This document shows positions 25,353 to 35,305 of a stretch of 48,526 bases of DNA, one piece after another. Positions within the stretch are counted from its first letter, which is position 1, and the number at the start of each line of letters is the position of its first letter. A program made the position numbers and the translations under genes. Origin of the DNA: a virus (taxonomy: Duplodnaviria; Caudoviricetes). The notes beneath the pieces are model-generated. The model was not told the DNA's origin. It made no database searches and saw only the letters and a program-made list of their open reading frames with translations. The stretch spans positions 1-48,526 of IMG/VR virus record IMGVR_UViG_3300027533_000034; one strand, written 5' to 3'.

Positions 25353-28300
25353 ACTTCTTACGTGTAGATTCTCGGGAGTATCGAACCGGACCCTCGATGC
25401 TCTCGAGAATCGCTTCCTCAACTCCAGCCCTACCCGTAGCAAAGTCCATTGGACCCCTCACATACGGGGGCGTGAATGGCTCGGTGACTTCCCTCCCCAA
25501 TCGACCTAACTGAGTAGCGCCAGACTGTGGACGACCAAACTTGTCAGGCCCGAGAATAGGCGCGCCAAAAGCATCAGTGTTTGAGATTCCGTGCATGACT
25601 GCTGATGCAGGTGGTGATAGCCTATTCTTGATCATCGTTTGGGGCTGTGAGAAGTCACCCTTTGCGATGCCCAAAGCAGCATCTACAGGCAGCCGTGCAA
25701 AGTCAGCAGCCGTCCCGAAGACTGGAACCCATCGAATCTTTCCATTCGTTTTTCCAGCCTGAATTTGCAGCGTGTGACCCGAGTCGTTCTCGTGCATGTA
25801 GTGGCCCGACAACTGCTTGTTCACGACAGTTGCAGCAGTATACTGAGCCACCATGTTCGCAGCCATTCGCTGATAGGCTTTGCCCTTCGGATTGCTGGGG
25901 TCACGTAACGCGCGCCCCATTCCCTTTGCAATCTTCTGATGACTCTCAAGCCAGTCGGGGGCGAGGATGAAGCTCTTGAGAGCATTTTGCAGGTTGCGCG
26001 ATCGCTGCGTAGCCTCCCAGTTGATGCCACCGTATTTGGCGTTGATAGTCTGAGCCGCAGTCCTACCAGCCTCAGTCTTGCTCATGCCACGCTTCATCAG
26101 GTCAGCTTTGAGCTCTGCCCAATCGCCGATCTTTAGAGCTGGCACGATGCGCTGGAACAGGGGGTCTTCAAAGAACTTCCCATGCTTTGCCAGCACCGCA
26201 TCGAGACCCTTCTTTGTCGCTTTCCCACCCTTACTGAGAGGCTTCCAATCCTTACCAGCAATATCTGCGATGAGCTTGCTAGATCCGGGCTTGATCAGGT
26301 CATGGCTCTCAGAAGTTGCGAGCAGACCATCTTCAGCAGCCTCAGTAGCACGGTGGATATGCTTCTCGAAGAACGTCTTGGCTGACTCCCACGGGGCAAC
26401 CTTCTCGATGAGTTTAGCTGGCGCACCAGCACCAAACCAACTCATACCCTCAGAACCACCAGGCTTGAGCATCCATCCGGCAGTTCTCAGGACATTCTTT
26501 GGCTTGGTCATGAGGTCACCGATGGCGCTCCGAGCCATGATATTGGTGCCATGACCGCTGATGCCAGTTCCAGGAACACCAGCCGATAGGCCAATGTTCT
26601 TCGTCAGTTCAACGCCGCCACCAGCAATCCTCCCAGCGCGCCCACCCTTCCCCATGTAGTTATTGATGGACTTAGCAATCTCCGGGGGAGCGAAATACTC
26701 CCGAGTCGAATGGACTGTGAATCCTCCAGGCTGCTTAGTCCTTATGTCGGTCACGATGCCCATGATTCCCAGATGCTTCGGGTCAATAGGCTCCCATCCA
26801 TGTGGCTGCTTACCCTTCGGTTTCAAGTTCTTGGTAGCCAGCAAAAACTTGCCCATGTTTCTCGTAGCTGCGTGCCCACGGGCATACTGCTCGAACCAGC
26901 CTACCATCTCAGCCGCGTTCTTGTATCGAGGCGTGAGACCGTGCTGGATTCCCTTCTGGTAGTTCTCCACGATACCAGCAAATGAGGTAGCTGGCTTGAT
27001 GTTCAACTGCTTACGTGCAGCAGCGGTGACATCAGGATGGTCTTCAAAGAGAGTCCCGAATGCACCCTCTTTGAACTTCACACCCTGCTTCTTAGTTCTC
27101 AGGAGCATCTTCTCAGCAGCCTTGATACTAGCTTGCGCGGCTGCATACTTACCAGCAGTCGAACCCTGCCGCAGATTGTCGATGCCCTGCAATCCATCAG
27201 CAGCAAGATCCTTGAACTCGTGACGCTTCGCAGCCTCCGAGACGCGCGCCGCATTTCGCCGATTGACGAATGTCTCAAACACCCTATCGAATAGGGGATT
27301 GATAGTTCGATGCAGTCCTGTGACATTCGAGAAACCTCGACCGAGCGAAGGCTTCTCGTAATCGACGCTCGTGATCTTGTTCTTGATATCCTTGCCAGCC
27401 TGGATGATGTCTCCGATGTTCAGGAAGCCAGCCTCTCCACCGGCCCTCTTTTCGGCTCCCTTAGCGGCGCTGGCCGAGGGAGCTTCGGTAGGGCGCGGTC
27501 CTACCTCTCCAGTCTTACCGATTGGACCAGATTGTCTGGCGCGCTCGAACATACGCTGAACTGCAACTTTGGGACGCGCCCCAGCTGCAAGCTCCTCCGC
27601 ATACACTTCGACCATTCCCTGCGCGAGATCCTCAGGGATGCCCTGCTCGATGAGCTTGGTTTTGACCGACTCGATGGCCTTGTTGCTCTTGATGGTCTTA
27701 GTCCCCGCTGGTTCTGTAACGGGAGCTTCTGTGACGGGTGCTTCGACAACTGGAGACTCAACAGTCGGGGCTTCGACCGCGAGCCCAGCCGCAGCCTGTC
27801 GAGCCTTCTGTTCTGCGATAGCGCCCTTGTTTCCACGAGCTACCATCGAAGCCAGATTCTTGTCATTCAGCTGCGAGTATAGGCCAGGCTTTGCTTTTGG
27901 TGCTGTCACAGGAGCTTCCACGACGGGAGCCTCAACAACAGGCGCACCAGCTTTCTTGGCCTTCTGAGCTTCGAGGGACGCCTTCAGTTGATCAACGATA
28001 GGCATGACCTCTGGGGGAATCTCCTCAGTTGCAGCAGCAGCCTTTTTACCTCTCCCCTTAGCCTTGGGCTTGACGGGAGCCTCCACAACGGGAGGTGCCT
28101 CAACCACAGGTGGAACGTATGGGGGAGGGGGCTGATACGGCTCCGGTCCAAATCGACTGAACGGAGGTGTTGGGGGTATCTGCCCACGGGGAGCTTCCCT
28201 CAGTCCAGACGGGGGTGCAACTACATCTCCCACGGGTGGTCCCATTCTCGGGGGAACCTGAACGGGAGGCAGCGGGATCTGTGGGCCATGCACGGGCAGT

Positions 28301-29316
28301 GGCTTCACAATCTCTGGCGTGGGTAGCGGACCCATCGTAGGCTCGACTCCCATAGGTATCCGCTGACGACGCAGAGCCTCCGTTCTCATGGCGTCAAAGT
28401 TGGGGTTAATTGGGATATTGGGAGTCGGTCGTTCAGGCCCGTATATCGCCTGCTCAGGACCGTGAAATCCCTTATCTCCAAACGTGGGAAGTCGTGGCCC
28501 CTGAGCTAGTGGGTCAAGTCCGACTTCAGGCAGACGTGGACCCTGAACTCCGAAGTCTGTGCCCAACTCGGGGAGTCTCGGACCCTCAACTCCAGGAGTT
28601 CCGAACTCGGGAGCGAATGGCCCATGCATCTCACCTTTGGGCTGCTCTGCGAGCCATTTACGACCGGCAGCCGCTGAACGTCCAGCCTTCGCACCTTGGT
28701 GAGTAGCCAGACCAATGCCAGCAGACATACCGAGCTTGCCAAGTGCGCGCCCGTAATTCCCCTCACCGAGGTCAGAACCAATGTCACGGAACGGGATACC
28801 TGACAGTTGCTCGCCACCGACAACGCTACCAGCCCACAACTTCCCACCGAGTGTAGGTTTGTCGGCTACGTAGTCGTAGTCCTGGCCCATTTGCTGAGCC
28901 TGCTGCATGATCATCATTTGCTTGTATTCGGGGCTGAATGTTCCCAGCACCGCTTCACCAGCAAACTTGCCCAGTCCCTTGACTACATCCTGAGCGCCAC
29001 CCTTGACTTCGTCAGTGAACTGATTGGCAGACTCAAGTCCGGTCTTGACAGCACCTAGACCACGCTTTATTGCGGGCGCAGCGTAGTCCCAACCCTTCTT
29101 GACGCCCCCAGTGACGGTGTCGTAGCTATCTTTCGCGAACCCTCCGATGCTATCCAGCATACCAGGGGGTTCGACAGGCTCACTAAGAGTGTCGTAGTAG
29201 TCCTGAAACGCTGAGCGTCTCGGAGCTGGAGTAGCACCACCAGAAGGCGCACCGACATCAGGACTGGCATAGTCCTGCCACCTCGTTCGTCGAGTTGGAG
29301 TAGTTTGCTGAGGCAT
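25315..29316 (-). CDS. Large internal virion / DNA-ejection protein (1333 aa)
   Basis: Last and largest gene of the structural operon; Pro-rich repeat region. Assigned by positional analogy to podovirus ejection proteins. Confidence 0.65.
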   Translation of the reverse strand: MPQQTTPTRRTRWQDYASPDVGAPSGGATPAPRRSAFQDYYDTLSEPVEPPGMLDSIGGFAKDSYDTVTGGVKKGWDYAAPAIKRGLGAVKTGLESANQFTDEVKGGAQDVVKGLGKFAGEAVLGTFSPEYKQMMIMQQAQQMGQDYDYVADKPTLGGKLWAGSVVGGEQLSGIPFRDIGSDLGEGNYGRALGKLGMSAGIGLATHQGAKAGRSAAAGRKWLAEQPKGEMHGPFAPEFGTPGVEGPRLPELGTDFGVQGPRLPEVGLDPLAQGPRLPTFGDKGFHGPEQAIYGPERPTPNIPINPNFDAMRTEALRRQRIPMGVEPTMGPLPTPEIVKPLPVHGPQIPLPPVQVPPRMGPPVGDVVAPPSGLREAPRGQIPPTPPFSRFGPEPYQPPPPYVPPVVEAPPVVEAPVKPKAKGRGKKAAAATEEIPPEVMPIVDQLKASLEAQKAKKAGAPVVEAPVVEAPVTAPKAKPGLYSQLNDKNLASMVARGNKGAIAEQKARQAAAGLAVEAPTVESPVVEAPVTEAPVTEPAGTKTIKSNKAIESVKTKLIEQGIPEDLAQGMVEVYAEELAAGARPKVAVQRMFERARQSGPIGKTGEVGPRPTEAPSASAAKGAEKRAGGEAGFLNIGDIIQAGKDIKNKITSVDYEKPSLGRGFSNVTGLHRTINPLFDRVFETFVNRRNAARVSEAAKRHEFKDLAADGLQGIDNLRQGSTAGKYAAAQASIKAAEKMLLRTKKQGVKFKEGAFGTLFEDHPDVTAAARKQLNIKPATSFAGIVENYQKGIQHGLTPRYKNAAEMVGWFEQYARGHAATRNMGKFLLATKNLKPKGKQPHGWEPIDPKHLGIMGIVTDIRTKQPGGFTVHSTREYFAPPEIAKSINNYMGKGGRAGRIAGGGVELTKNIGLSAGVPGTGISGHGTNIMARSAIGDLMTKPKNVLRTAGWMLKPGGSEGMSWFGAGAPAKLIEKVAPWESAKTFFEKHIHRATEAAEDGLLATSESHDLIKPGSSKLIADIAGKDWKPLSKGGKATKKGLDAVLAKHGKFFEDPLFQRIVPALKIGDWAELKADLMKRGMSKTEAGRTAAQTINAKYGGINWEATQRSRNLQNALKSFILAPDWLESHQKIAKGMGRALRDPSNPKGKAYQRMAANMVAQYTAATVVNKQLSGHYMHENDSGHTLQIQAGKTNGKIRWVPVFGTAADFARLPVDAALGIAKGDFSQPQTMIKNRLSPPASAVMHGISNTDAFGAPILGPDKFGRPQSGATQLGRLGREVTEPFTPPYVRGPMDFATGRAGVEEAILESIEGPVRYSRESTRKKSRSPSRPRRPQR

Positions 29317-30380
29317 TAGTATCCCCCACCTCGAAGTATTTCACCAGTTCTGAGCCTGACAGCATTATCGATAACTGCCTGCTCTTGTGGTGTTAGATCA
29401 GGTCTCGGTGCCCAATAACCGCTTGCATTTGTCATGAGACCCTTGAGTTTGGGCATCGTAGCAAACTCGTCGTATGCTAGCTCTTTAGCAGTCCTCTGAG
29501 CATTCGGACCCAGATTGGTTCCAGTCGGAGCCTTGCCAGGAGATCCTGCAATCTCCCATCCGAAGCGAGCACCCTCACGGTCAGAGTTAGCTTGGCTTAC
29601 TCCGAGCTGACCTTGACCAGTCGCAGCGTTCGTGCGGGACACGCCAAGTTGACCAGATTGCACAGATTTGCCACTAACGCTCCTGGGAGCACCAGTGGGA
29701 GTAATCCACTGCATGCTACCATCCTCCTGGGGAACCCACTGACCGCCAGCAGTTCCCTGACGAGTAGCTGCGTCAGTCACAGCAGCCTCACCACGCAGGA
29801 GGCCACCACGCGCGCTCATCGCACCAGAGGCAGCGGTAGCCTCTTTGTTGGCCTTGTCAGCGAGGAACTGCTGATACTTCAGGCCATGCTCACGCGCTGC
29901 CATGAGAGCTTTGACCCTCTCATTTTTGTCGGTGTCCTCCATCGACGCCAGGTCTTTCATGCCAGCACCGCGAGTAGCGTAATCCTGAATAGCATTACGA
30001 TACTTGCCAGTGTTGATCTCGTTGGCAACCTTCACACCGGATGAGGGATCTCGCATGCCAGCAGACGCGCCGGATAATGCGGCCGCGATGCGCGTCATGA
30101 CGCCCGGCTTGTAATCCTCCATCTTTGGAGTCTCCTGGAGATAGTTCTTCCAGGCATCCAGATGGGGAGTTTTCTGATTCAGTATATCCTGGTATGCACC
30201 ATAATACTGGTCAGACTCCGATGGTCCCTGCCTCTGAGGTGGCTCGTAGTCATCCACCTGAAAGCTCGGCGTGAGAATTTGCCGCTGTCGGATGCTGGAG
30301 ATGCTATCCTCCGTAAACGGATTACGGAAGGTAGGCTGTGACGCTCCCTGAGCAAACGGGTTTCTGTATGGCATCTTCAA
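29316..30380 (-). CDS. Probable internal virion / ejection protein
   Basis: Gly/Ala/Gln-rich; RIAAALSGASAG hydrophobic patch; TAATG coupled to the 1333-aa gene. Confidence 0.6.
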   Translation of the reverse strand: MKMPYRNPFAQGASQPTFRNPFTEDSISSIRQRQILTPSFQVDDYEPPQRQGPSESDQYYGAYQDILNQKTPHLDAWKNYLQETPKMEDYKPGVMTRIAAALSGASAGMRDPSSGVKVANEINTGKYRNAIQDYATRGAGMKDLASMEDTDKNERVKALMAAREHGLKYQQFLADKANKEATAASGAMSARGGLLRGEAAVTDAATRQGTAGGQWVPQEDGSMQWITPTGAPRSVSGKSVQSGQLGVSRTNAATGQGQLGVSQANSDREGARFGWEIAGSPGKAPTGTNLGPNAQRTAKELAYDEFATMPKLKGLMTNASGYWAPRPDLTPQEQAVIDNAVRLRTGEILRGGGY

Positions 30381-30383
30381 CTC

Positions 30384-31787
30384 CTATGAGGGACCCGTCC
30401 AGCTAACTCTACGAGATGGGAGAGGCTGCTGTTTGGCACCACCACCAAATCCGAGGCCGCCTGTCAGGGCACCGCCAGCAGCACCGGCCAACCCTGTCGC
30501 AAGACCAACCCAGTCAGTTTTGGGGTTATTTGACATGCGCTGATCGACGTAGCGACCACCGATGTCATTGTTGAGTCCGCGACCTGCCAGATTCTCATCA
30601 AGATACATCTTGACTTCTTCAGGACGCGAACCGTATAGGGACTGCATCCCCTCGAGGCCATACTGACGGCCACCCCTGTCAAACTCAGCTTGCCACTTCG
30701 CGTTGGCAGCTTGCTGAGCGGCTGTCATTGCACTCGCAGCGCCCGAAGCAGCAGAAGCTCGGGCAGCTCTGTCAGCCGCGCTCTCAGCCATGCCCTCCAG
30801 ACCCTGGGTGCCAAACATCTTGCCCTTCTGAATGACGCCCTGCATGCCGATCTCATTGCCCGCACCACCTGTCGCTGCACCAGTCCGGTTCTGTGCAATC
30901 GAGTTGAGCATGTTGGCTTCAGTAGACGATGCACCTGTCAAGCCAGCCAGCCGATTCTGCGACATGAGATTCTGGAGGGCACCCTCAGAGGTTGCCATCC
31001 CACCAGCACCCCACTGACGTCCCTTCGCCACCTGATCTGAGATACCCAACTCGGTATCCCTCGCAGCTGTCGCGGCAGCACCAGATTGCTCACGAGCCAT
31101 GCGTCCGAGGAGCGCCGACTGTCCGGGGCCATAGCCACCCTGAACTGCCGCACCGCGCTGAGCTTCATCACGCGCAGCTTGGTAGAAAGCGGGGATGCCG
31201 GAGTTTCCCCTAGCGCGCATGCGGGAGCGGTCCATGTCGCTGAGTCCACCAGTTTTGGCGAACTCATCGTAGACACCGCCACCACGCATACGAGCCTGAC
31301 CCTCGGCGTCAACTCCACCGCTCTTGGCGATGTCCTTGAAGCCCTGGATGTTCTGGTCCATCGAGGCTTTGCGACCAGCGTCCCACCCACCAGTCTCGCC
31401 AAGCTCTACGAGATTGCCCTGAAGTCTGTCAAAGGTGCCAGTGTTGACTCCACCACCACCCATGAAGTTACGGTATGAACCCTCTACTTCACCGAAGCGT
31501 GGGTCAGCACCCGCAGCACCAACACCACCAGGATCTCCACCCGCTCCACCTCCACCGCTGGTGAAGTCGTTGAGCTTCCCATACTTGGCGGCGTCATAGT
31601 CGCCAGCGCCGCCGACGAAGTTGTTGAGACCCCCGTAGAGGCTCCCATACATGTCAGAGGCACGGCTCTGCGCGCCACTCAGACCAGTGTTGACAGCCCC
31701 CATGAACTGATTGTGCTCAGATGTGGACTGCTTATTCTGAGTGTCAATCATAGCGTTGGTTTTCTTCTTTTCGCCACCGCCACCCAT
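30384..31787 (-). CDS. Probable internal virion / pilot protein
   Basis: MGGGG start, Gly/Ala-rich, C-terminal GLATGLAGAAGGALTGG segment. Confidence 0.6.
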   Translation of the reverse strand: MGGGGEKKKTNAMIDTQNKQSTSEHNQFMGAVNTGLSGAQSRASDMYGSLYGGLNNFVGGAGDYDAAKYGKLNDFTSGGGGAGGDPGGVGAAGADPRFGEVEGSYRNFMGGGGVNTGTFDRLQGNLVELGETGGWDAGRKASMDQNIQGFKDIAKSGGVDAEGQARMRGGGVYDEFAKTGGLSDMDRSRMRARGNSGIPAFYQAARDEAQRGAAVQGGYGPGQSALLGRMAREQSGAAATAARDTELGISDQVAKGRQWGAGGMATSEGALQNLMSQNRLAGLTGASSTEANMLNSIAQNRTGAATGGAGNEIGMQGVIQKGKMFGTQGLEGMAESAADRAARASAASGAASAMTAAQQAANAKWQAEFDRGGRQYGLEGMQSLYGSRPEEVKMYLDENLAGRGLNNDIGGRYVDQRMSNNPKTDWVGLATGLAGAAGGALTGGLGFGGGAKQQPLPSRRVSWTGPS

Positions 31788-31788
31788 G

Positions 31789-32172
31789 TTAGACCTCTTC
31801 TCTTAAGAGTAACTCGCCCTTGTCAACTATCTCAAAACCAAAGTGCTTGGAGATGAGAGTAGCGAACGCCGGATCTTTAATGAAAGCGTATACCTGGTGT
31901 ATCCCAGCTTGGTCACAGCCTCTGAAGGCCTCAGCCATCAGGAGCTTGATTGCTTCTACGCGCTGTTTCCGTGATGCAGAGAGGTCGAGGATGAGCATGG
32001 CCTCAGCGAACAGCTTAACCTGTCCATAGCCAATGATTTGCTCATTCTCCACCACCACTGCATCCACGATTTTATTCCGTCGATCAGGGACGGAAAAATC
32101 AGAACTGTGATGGTCCCGCCAAATCTTGTCGATAGCGGGAATGTCCTCATCCCGGAAGCTCCTGAGTATCAT
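31789..32172 (-). CDS. GNAT-fold acetyltransferase-like protein
   Basis: MILRSFRDEDIPAI, VVENEQIIGYG and HFGFE pattern; positioned just before the ejection genes, as is common in podoviruses. Confidence 0.6.
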   Translation of the reverse strand: MILRSFRDEDIPAIDKIWRDHHSSDFSVPDRRNKIVDAVVVENEQIIGYGQVKLFAEAMLILDLSASRKQRVEAIKLLMAEAFRGCDQAGIHQVYAFIKDPAFATLISKHFGFEIVDKGELLLREEV

Positions 32173-32715
32173 CTAGAACCGTGTGCCGGACCACTGGAGA
32201 TTCGCATCCAGACCTAGCACGTTCCATGCGAATGATGAATTGCCACAGTGGTCTACGATGACATCGACGCCCCACGCGCCGGTATTATCAGACGTAGCTC
32301 GGTATGCGATAACGTCCATGGAAATCGTTCCAGTATTGGACTTGATGACGTAACCCCAACGGGTGTCGCTGGCGCGTAGCGTCTTGACCAACCCATCCAT
32401 GAACTGCCAGCCAGCTTCGCCATAAAGCGCCACGCAGGATTTCGTCACGAGCAGAGGATTTGCCGTCGCGAATGCCTGAGCGATAGCCTGTGAACCTGAC
32501 GGGATACCGAGCGGCGTCTCAGTCCCACCCGTAGTCGGGTTGGGTAACGGAGCCGTCGGATTCGCGACCGGCGCGAAGTTGGTCAGGTCATGGATGTCAG
32601 TAATGTTCGTATTCGTGTTCGTGTTCGTGCTTGTGACGTTTACCGTCGGACCAGTCGTGTTGTATTCACACCCGATGGCGAACAGTAGCAGAACAGATGC
32701 TGCGAGTTTCTTCAT
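32173..32715 (-). CDS. Lipoprotein (180 aa)
   Basis: Start re-called to MKKLAASVLLLFAIG|C (type II signal peptide/lipobox) after AAGGAG; Thr/Asn/Pro linker followed by a globular domain. Confidence 0.8.
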   Translation of the reverse strand: MKKLAASVLLLFAIGCEYNTTGPTVNVTSTNTNTNTNITDIHDLTNFAPVANPTAPLPNPTTGGTETPLGIPSGSQAIAQAFATANPLLVTKSCVALYGEAGWQFMDGLVKTLRASDTRWGYVIKSNTGTISMDVIAYRATSDNTGAWGVDVIVDHCGNSSFAWNVLGLDANLQWSGTRF

Positions 32716-34121
32716 ACAATCTCCTTGAATTCCTCTAGGTTCATCGGACGCATCAGGGCTGCGCATGAGTTCTGACCACTTAGGAACTTCTCCAACACAA
32801 AGTCATTGGTCAATCCAATGTAACCCGTCCACACATCTGAAACGTATGTGTAGAAGATTACGTGGTCACAGTGGACTTTCAATCTTCTGAGGAGTTCTCG
32901 GGCTTGCTCAGGGCGCGCTTCAAAGAGTCGATTAACTGCAATGAGAGCAAGATAATAATGACCAGCCCAATAACTATGGTCAAAGATATCACACTGATGA
33001 ACAACACCATTGTGTCTACCGAGCCTTTTAACAGCCTTCTTATGGACTGGTTTATGTAGCTCAACCCCGACTGGAACTGCACCCGAGACATCACTGATGG
33101 CCTCTAGAAGTCGACCATTGCCGCAACCAAGATCAAGGACTTGTGTCCCTGGAGGAATCTTCAGAGCTAGTGCTGCCTCCACGATCATAGCGTGCGCGTT
33201 ATTCATGCCTTCTTGACTTTTGAAACCGTTGTCGGTGTAATCGTTCACCAACTGAACAGTTTCCTGAAATGGAAACGGGCCTCTACCACCCTCCGCTGGA
33301 TATGTAGAACCTTCCTTCGAAATCTCCACCCTCTCGCTGAGAGCATCAGTGTTGTAGACCAGCTTGAGAACAGGTGTCGTCAAGATGGCTACACCATGCA
33401 GTGATGACCACTTGAAGGGCCAGCTTAGAATCTCCTTCAGCCAGTGCATCTCTGCAATCATCTCCACTTTGCGCGTCACTGTGGCGAGCGCGTCTGCTAC
33501 CTTCACCGACTCTTGACATACCATCGAGCATGGAAGGTGCGACACCATCCTCAGCCCTAAGTGACGCAGGAAGACGTTGTTCTGATAGTTTCCTACGACC
33601 TGGAGTTGATGTTGAAAATCCAGAGTTTTACAATCTTCCATGCCAACAGTGGAAGTAATTGCAACATCTCTCCAACCTTGTTCTTTCCACGACCACTGGT
33701 AGAATTCACGACAACACTCCGGGAAGCCAAGCATTTCCCCGATCGCCCGGTCGTCACCCTCTTCCCACGCACTAATGAAGCGGGAGGCAAGCTCTGGTCT
33801 TGTCACGACTACCCTGTAGCTCCACGGGTGACCCTCGACGTATGCTGTCGACGCATTCTGATAGCCATTACCATTAGCCTGTCGACTCAGTGGAACTGCT
33901 ACTAGCCCTGCCCTGAGTGCCCACTTCGACAACTCAGCTAGGTATTCTGGACCTGCAACTTGAAGAGCAGCGGGCTTTACACCAGCTAGCACTGCAAATC
34001 TTTCAATCGTCTCCCAGACGCCGGAGATTCTCTGGAAGCGCGGCTCCCAAGTCTCACGAGCTACTGGGCTTGCCCAGATAGTTCTCATGAACTCCGGGAT
34101 GTTAATGTCTAGTCTCTCCAT
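32712..34121 (-). CDS. Fusion of a Cys-motif domain (DUF483-like) and a class I SAM-dependent methyltransferase
   Basis: GEMLGFPECC and SHLPCSMVC in the N-terminal domain; VLDLGCGNGRLL...GVE...CDIF in the C-terminal domain. Confidence 0.8.
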   Translation of the reverse strand: MERLDINIPEFMRTIWASPVARETWEPRFQRISGVWETIERFAVLAGVKPAALQVAGPEYLAELSKWALRAGLVAVPLSRQANGNGYQNASTAYVEGHPWSYRVVVTRPELASRFISAWEEGDDRAIGEMLGFPECCREFYQWSWKEQGWRDVAITSTVGMEDCKTLDFQHQLQVVGNYQNNVFLRHLGLRMVSHLPCSMVCQESVKVADALATVTRKVEMIAEMHWLKEILSWPFKWSSLHGVAILTTPVLKLVYNTDALSERVEISKEGSTYPAEGGRGPFPFQETVQLVNDYTDNGFKSQEGMNNAHAMIVEAALALKIPPGTQVLDLGCGNGRLLEAISDVSGAVPVGVELHKPVHKKAVKRLGRHNGVVHQCDIFDHSYWAGHYYLALIAVNRLFEARPEQARELLRRLKVHCDHVIFYTYVSDVWTGYIGLTNDFVLEKFLSGQNSCAALMRPMNLEEFKEIV

Positions 34122-35305
34122 ACGACGGGTATCCCTCTTTCGTCTGAATCTCCGTGTCCGTCACCGTGAGGGACATCGCCGTGACCATCGCCATGTGAGT
34201 CTCCGTGGCTGTCTCCGTGCTGTGCATCGCCATGACTCGAAGCATCATGAGTTGCGTCCTGAAATACCTGATGACGGACGCGCGCTCCTAAATCTTTCTC
34301 GATGATTGTGAAGAGGTGATACCAAAGTTCACAATCCGCGGTTCGGTTTCTCCAGTCACCATCGATGGCAGTTCCAGGACACTGCCCCTTGCAAAGATTG
34401 AGGTATCGACAATCCTTGCATCCACCGAACTGCTGTGGAACCTGTTGTAGAACCAAGAATCGCTCGTTACCAGGAGTATCCGCTTTGACCCAGTTGATGC
34501 CATCCTTGTTAGTCCTCCCACAGTTGCTCTGCGTTCCGTCAGGACCGACGCCGCGCACTGCTGCCGTTGTGAGTGGGTCGCAGTTGTTCCAGACGCATGA
34601 GACGTGAGGATTCTGCTCAGTCAACAACCGAGCTATGTCGTTGAATGGCATGATGTCGAGCTTGCTCACCTTCGAGAACTCGTAGAAATGAACGAAGGCA
34701 TCGATGGTCTTAGCCTGCGACATTTCCAGTCCGTTATGGCATGCTTCCTTCTCAAGTGTGTGCAGGTTGACATACTTGATGCCCATCTTTTGAAGTTTCT
34801 GCATCCAGTTCGTCATGTGAGCGAGTGCCCGGTCAGTCCCGGCATTCCAATCGTGAAGCGTCACAATCAGACTTGGCGGGAGTCCTGCTGCGCAGAGCTT
34901 TGCGATTGCTGACTCTGTTCTCGCCGTCGCGACTCCCGTCTCGCTGCCCATCTTTCGAGCATCATTAAGCTCTCCAGGGCCATCCACACTAATGCCAACG
35001 TAAGTGCGATATCGCTTAAAGAGAGCAATGTGCTCGTCAGTGATGAGACTGCCGTTGGTTTGTATACCGTTACGTCCAAACTGCTCCAAGCCAAACTTGA
35101 GAACCTCTTCGATATGTTCAATGGGAGCGAGCAGAGGTTCTCCGCCAAAAAGTGCGAAGTCCGAACCCTCTCTCATAAGTTGGACCTTTGCCCGCTCCCA
35201 ATCTCGGGGCACGCTGATATTGCCAGCATTCCTCATGGGGTCCTGATAACAGTAACCGCACTGAAGATTGCAAGCGATACCAACGGGCAAGTATTCTATC
35301 GACAT
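34109..35305 (-). CDS. Radical SAM/SPASM-domain enzyme (peptide/protein maturase type) with a C-terminal HGD-repeat tail
   Basis: CNLQCGYC (CxxxCxxC), FGGEPLL, IQTNGSLI, GISVDGP; SPASM-type CVWNNC..NC and CKDCRYLNLCKGQC...C. Confidence 0.93.
   Translation of the reverse strand: MSIEYLPVGIACNLQCGYCYQDPMRNAGNISVPRDWERAKVQLMREGSDFALFGGEPLLAPIEHIEEVLKFGLEQFGRNGIQTNGSLITDEHIALFKRYRTYVGISVDGPGELNDARKMGSETGVATARTESAIAKLCAAGLPPSLIVTLHDWNAGTDRALAHMTNWMQKLQKMGIKYVNLHTLEKEACHNGLEMSQAKTIDAFVHFYEFSKVSKLDIMPFNDIARLLTEQNPHVSCVWNNCDPLTTAAVRGVGPDGTQSNCGRTNKDGINWVKADTPGNERFLVLQQVPQQFGGCKDCRYLNLCKGQCPGTAIDGDWRNRTADCELWYHLFTIIEKDLGARVRHQVFQDATHDASSHGDAQHGDSHGDSHGDGHGDVPHGDGHGDSDERGIPVVWRD

Noticed and set aside
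34109-35305. Reading the rSAM as QueE (7-deazaguanine DNA modification) or an anaerobic sulfatase maturase
   Set aside because: No queC, queD, folE, dpdA or sulfatase gene is present, QueE lacks a SPASM domain, and the tail-module context plus shared HxD motif point to a protein substrate.
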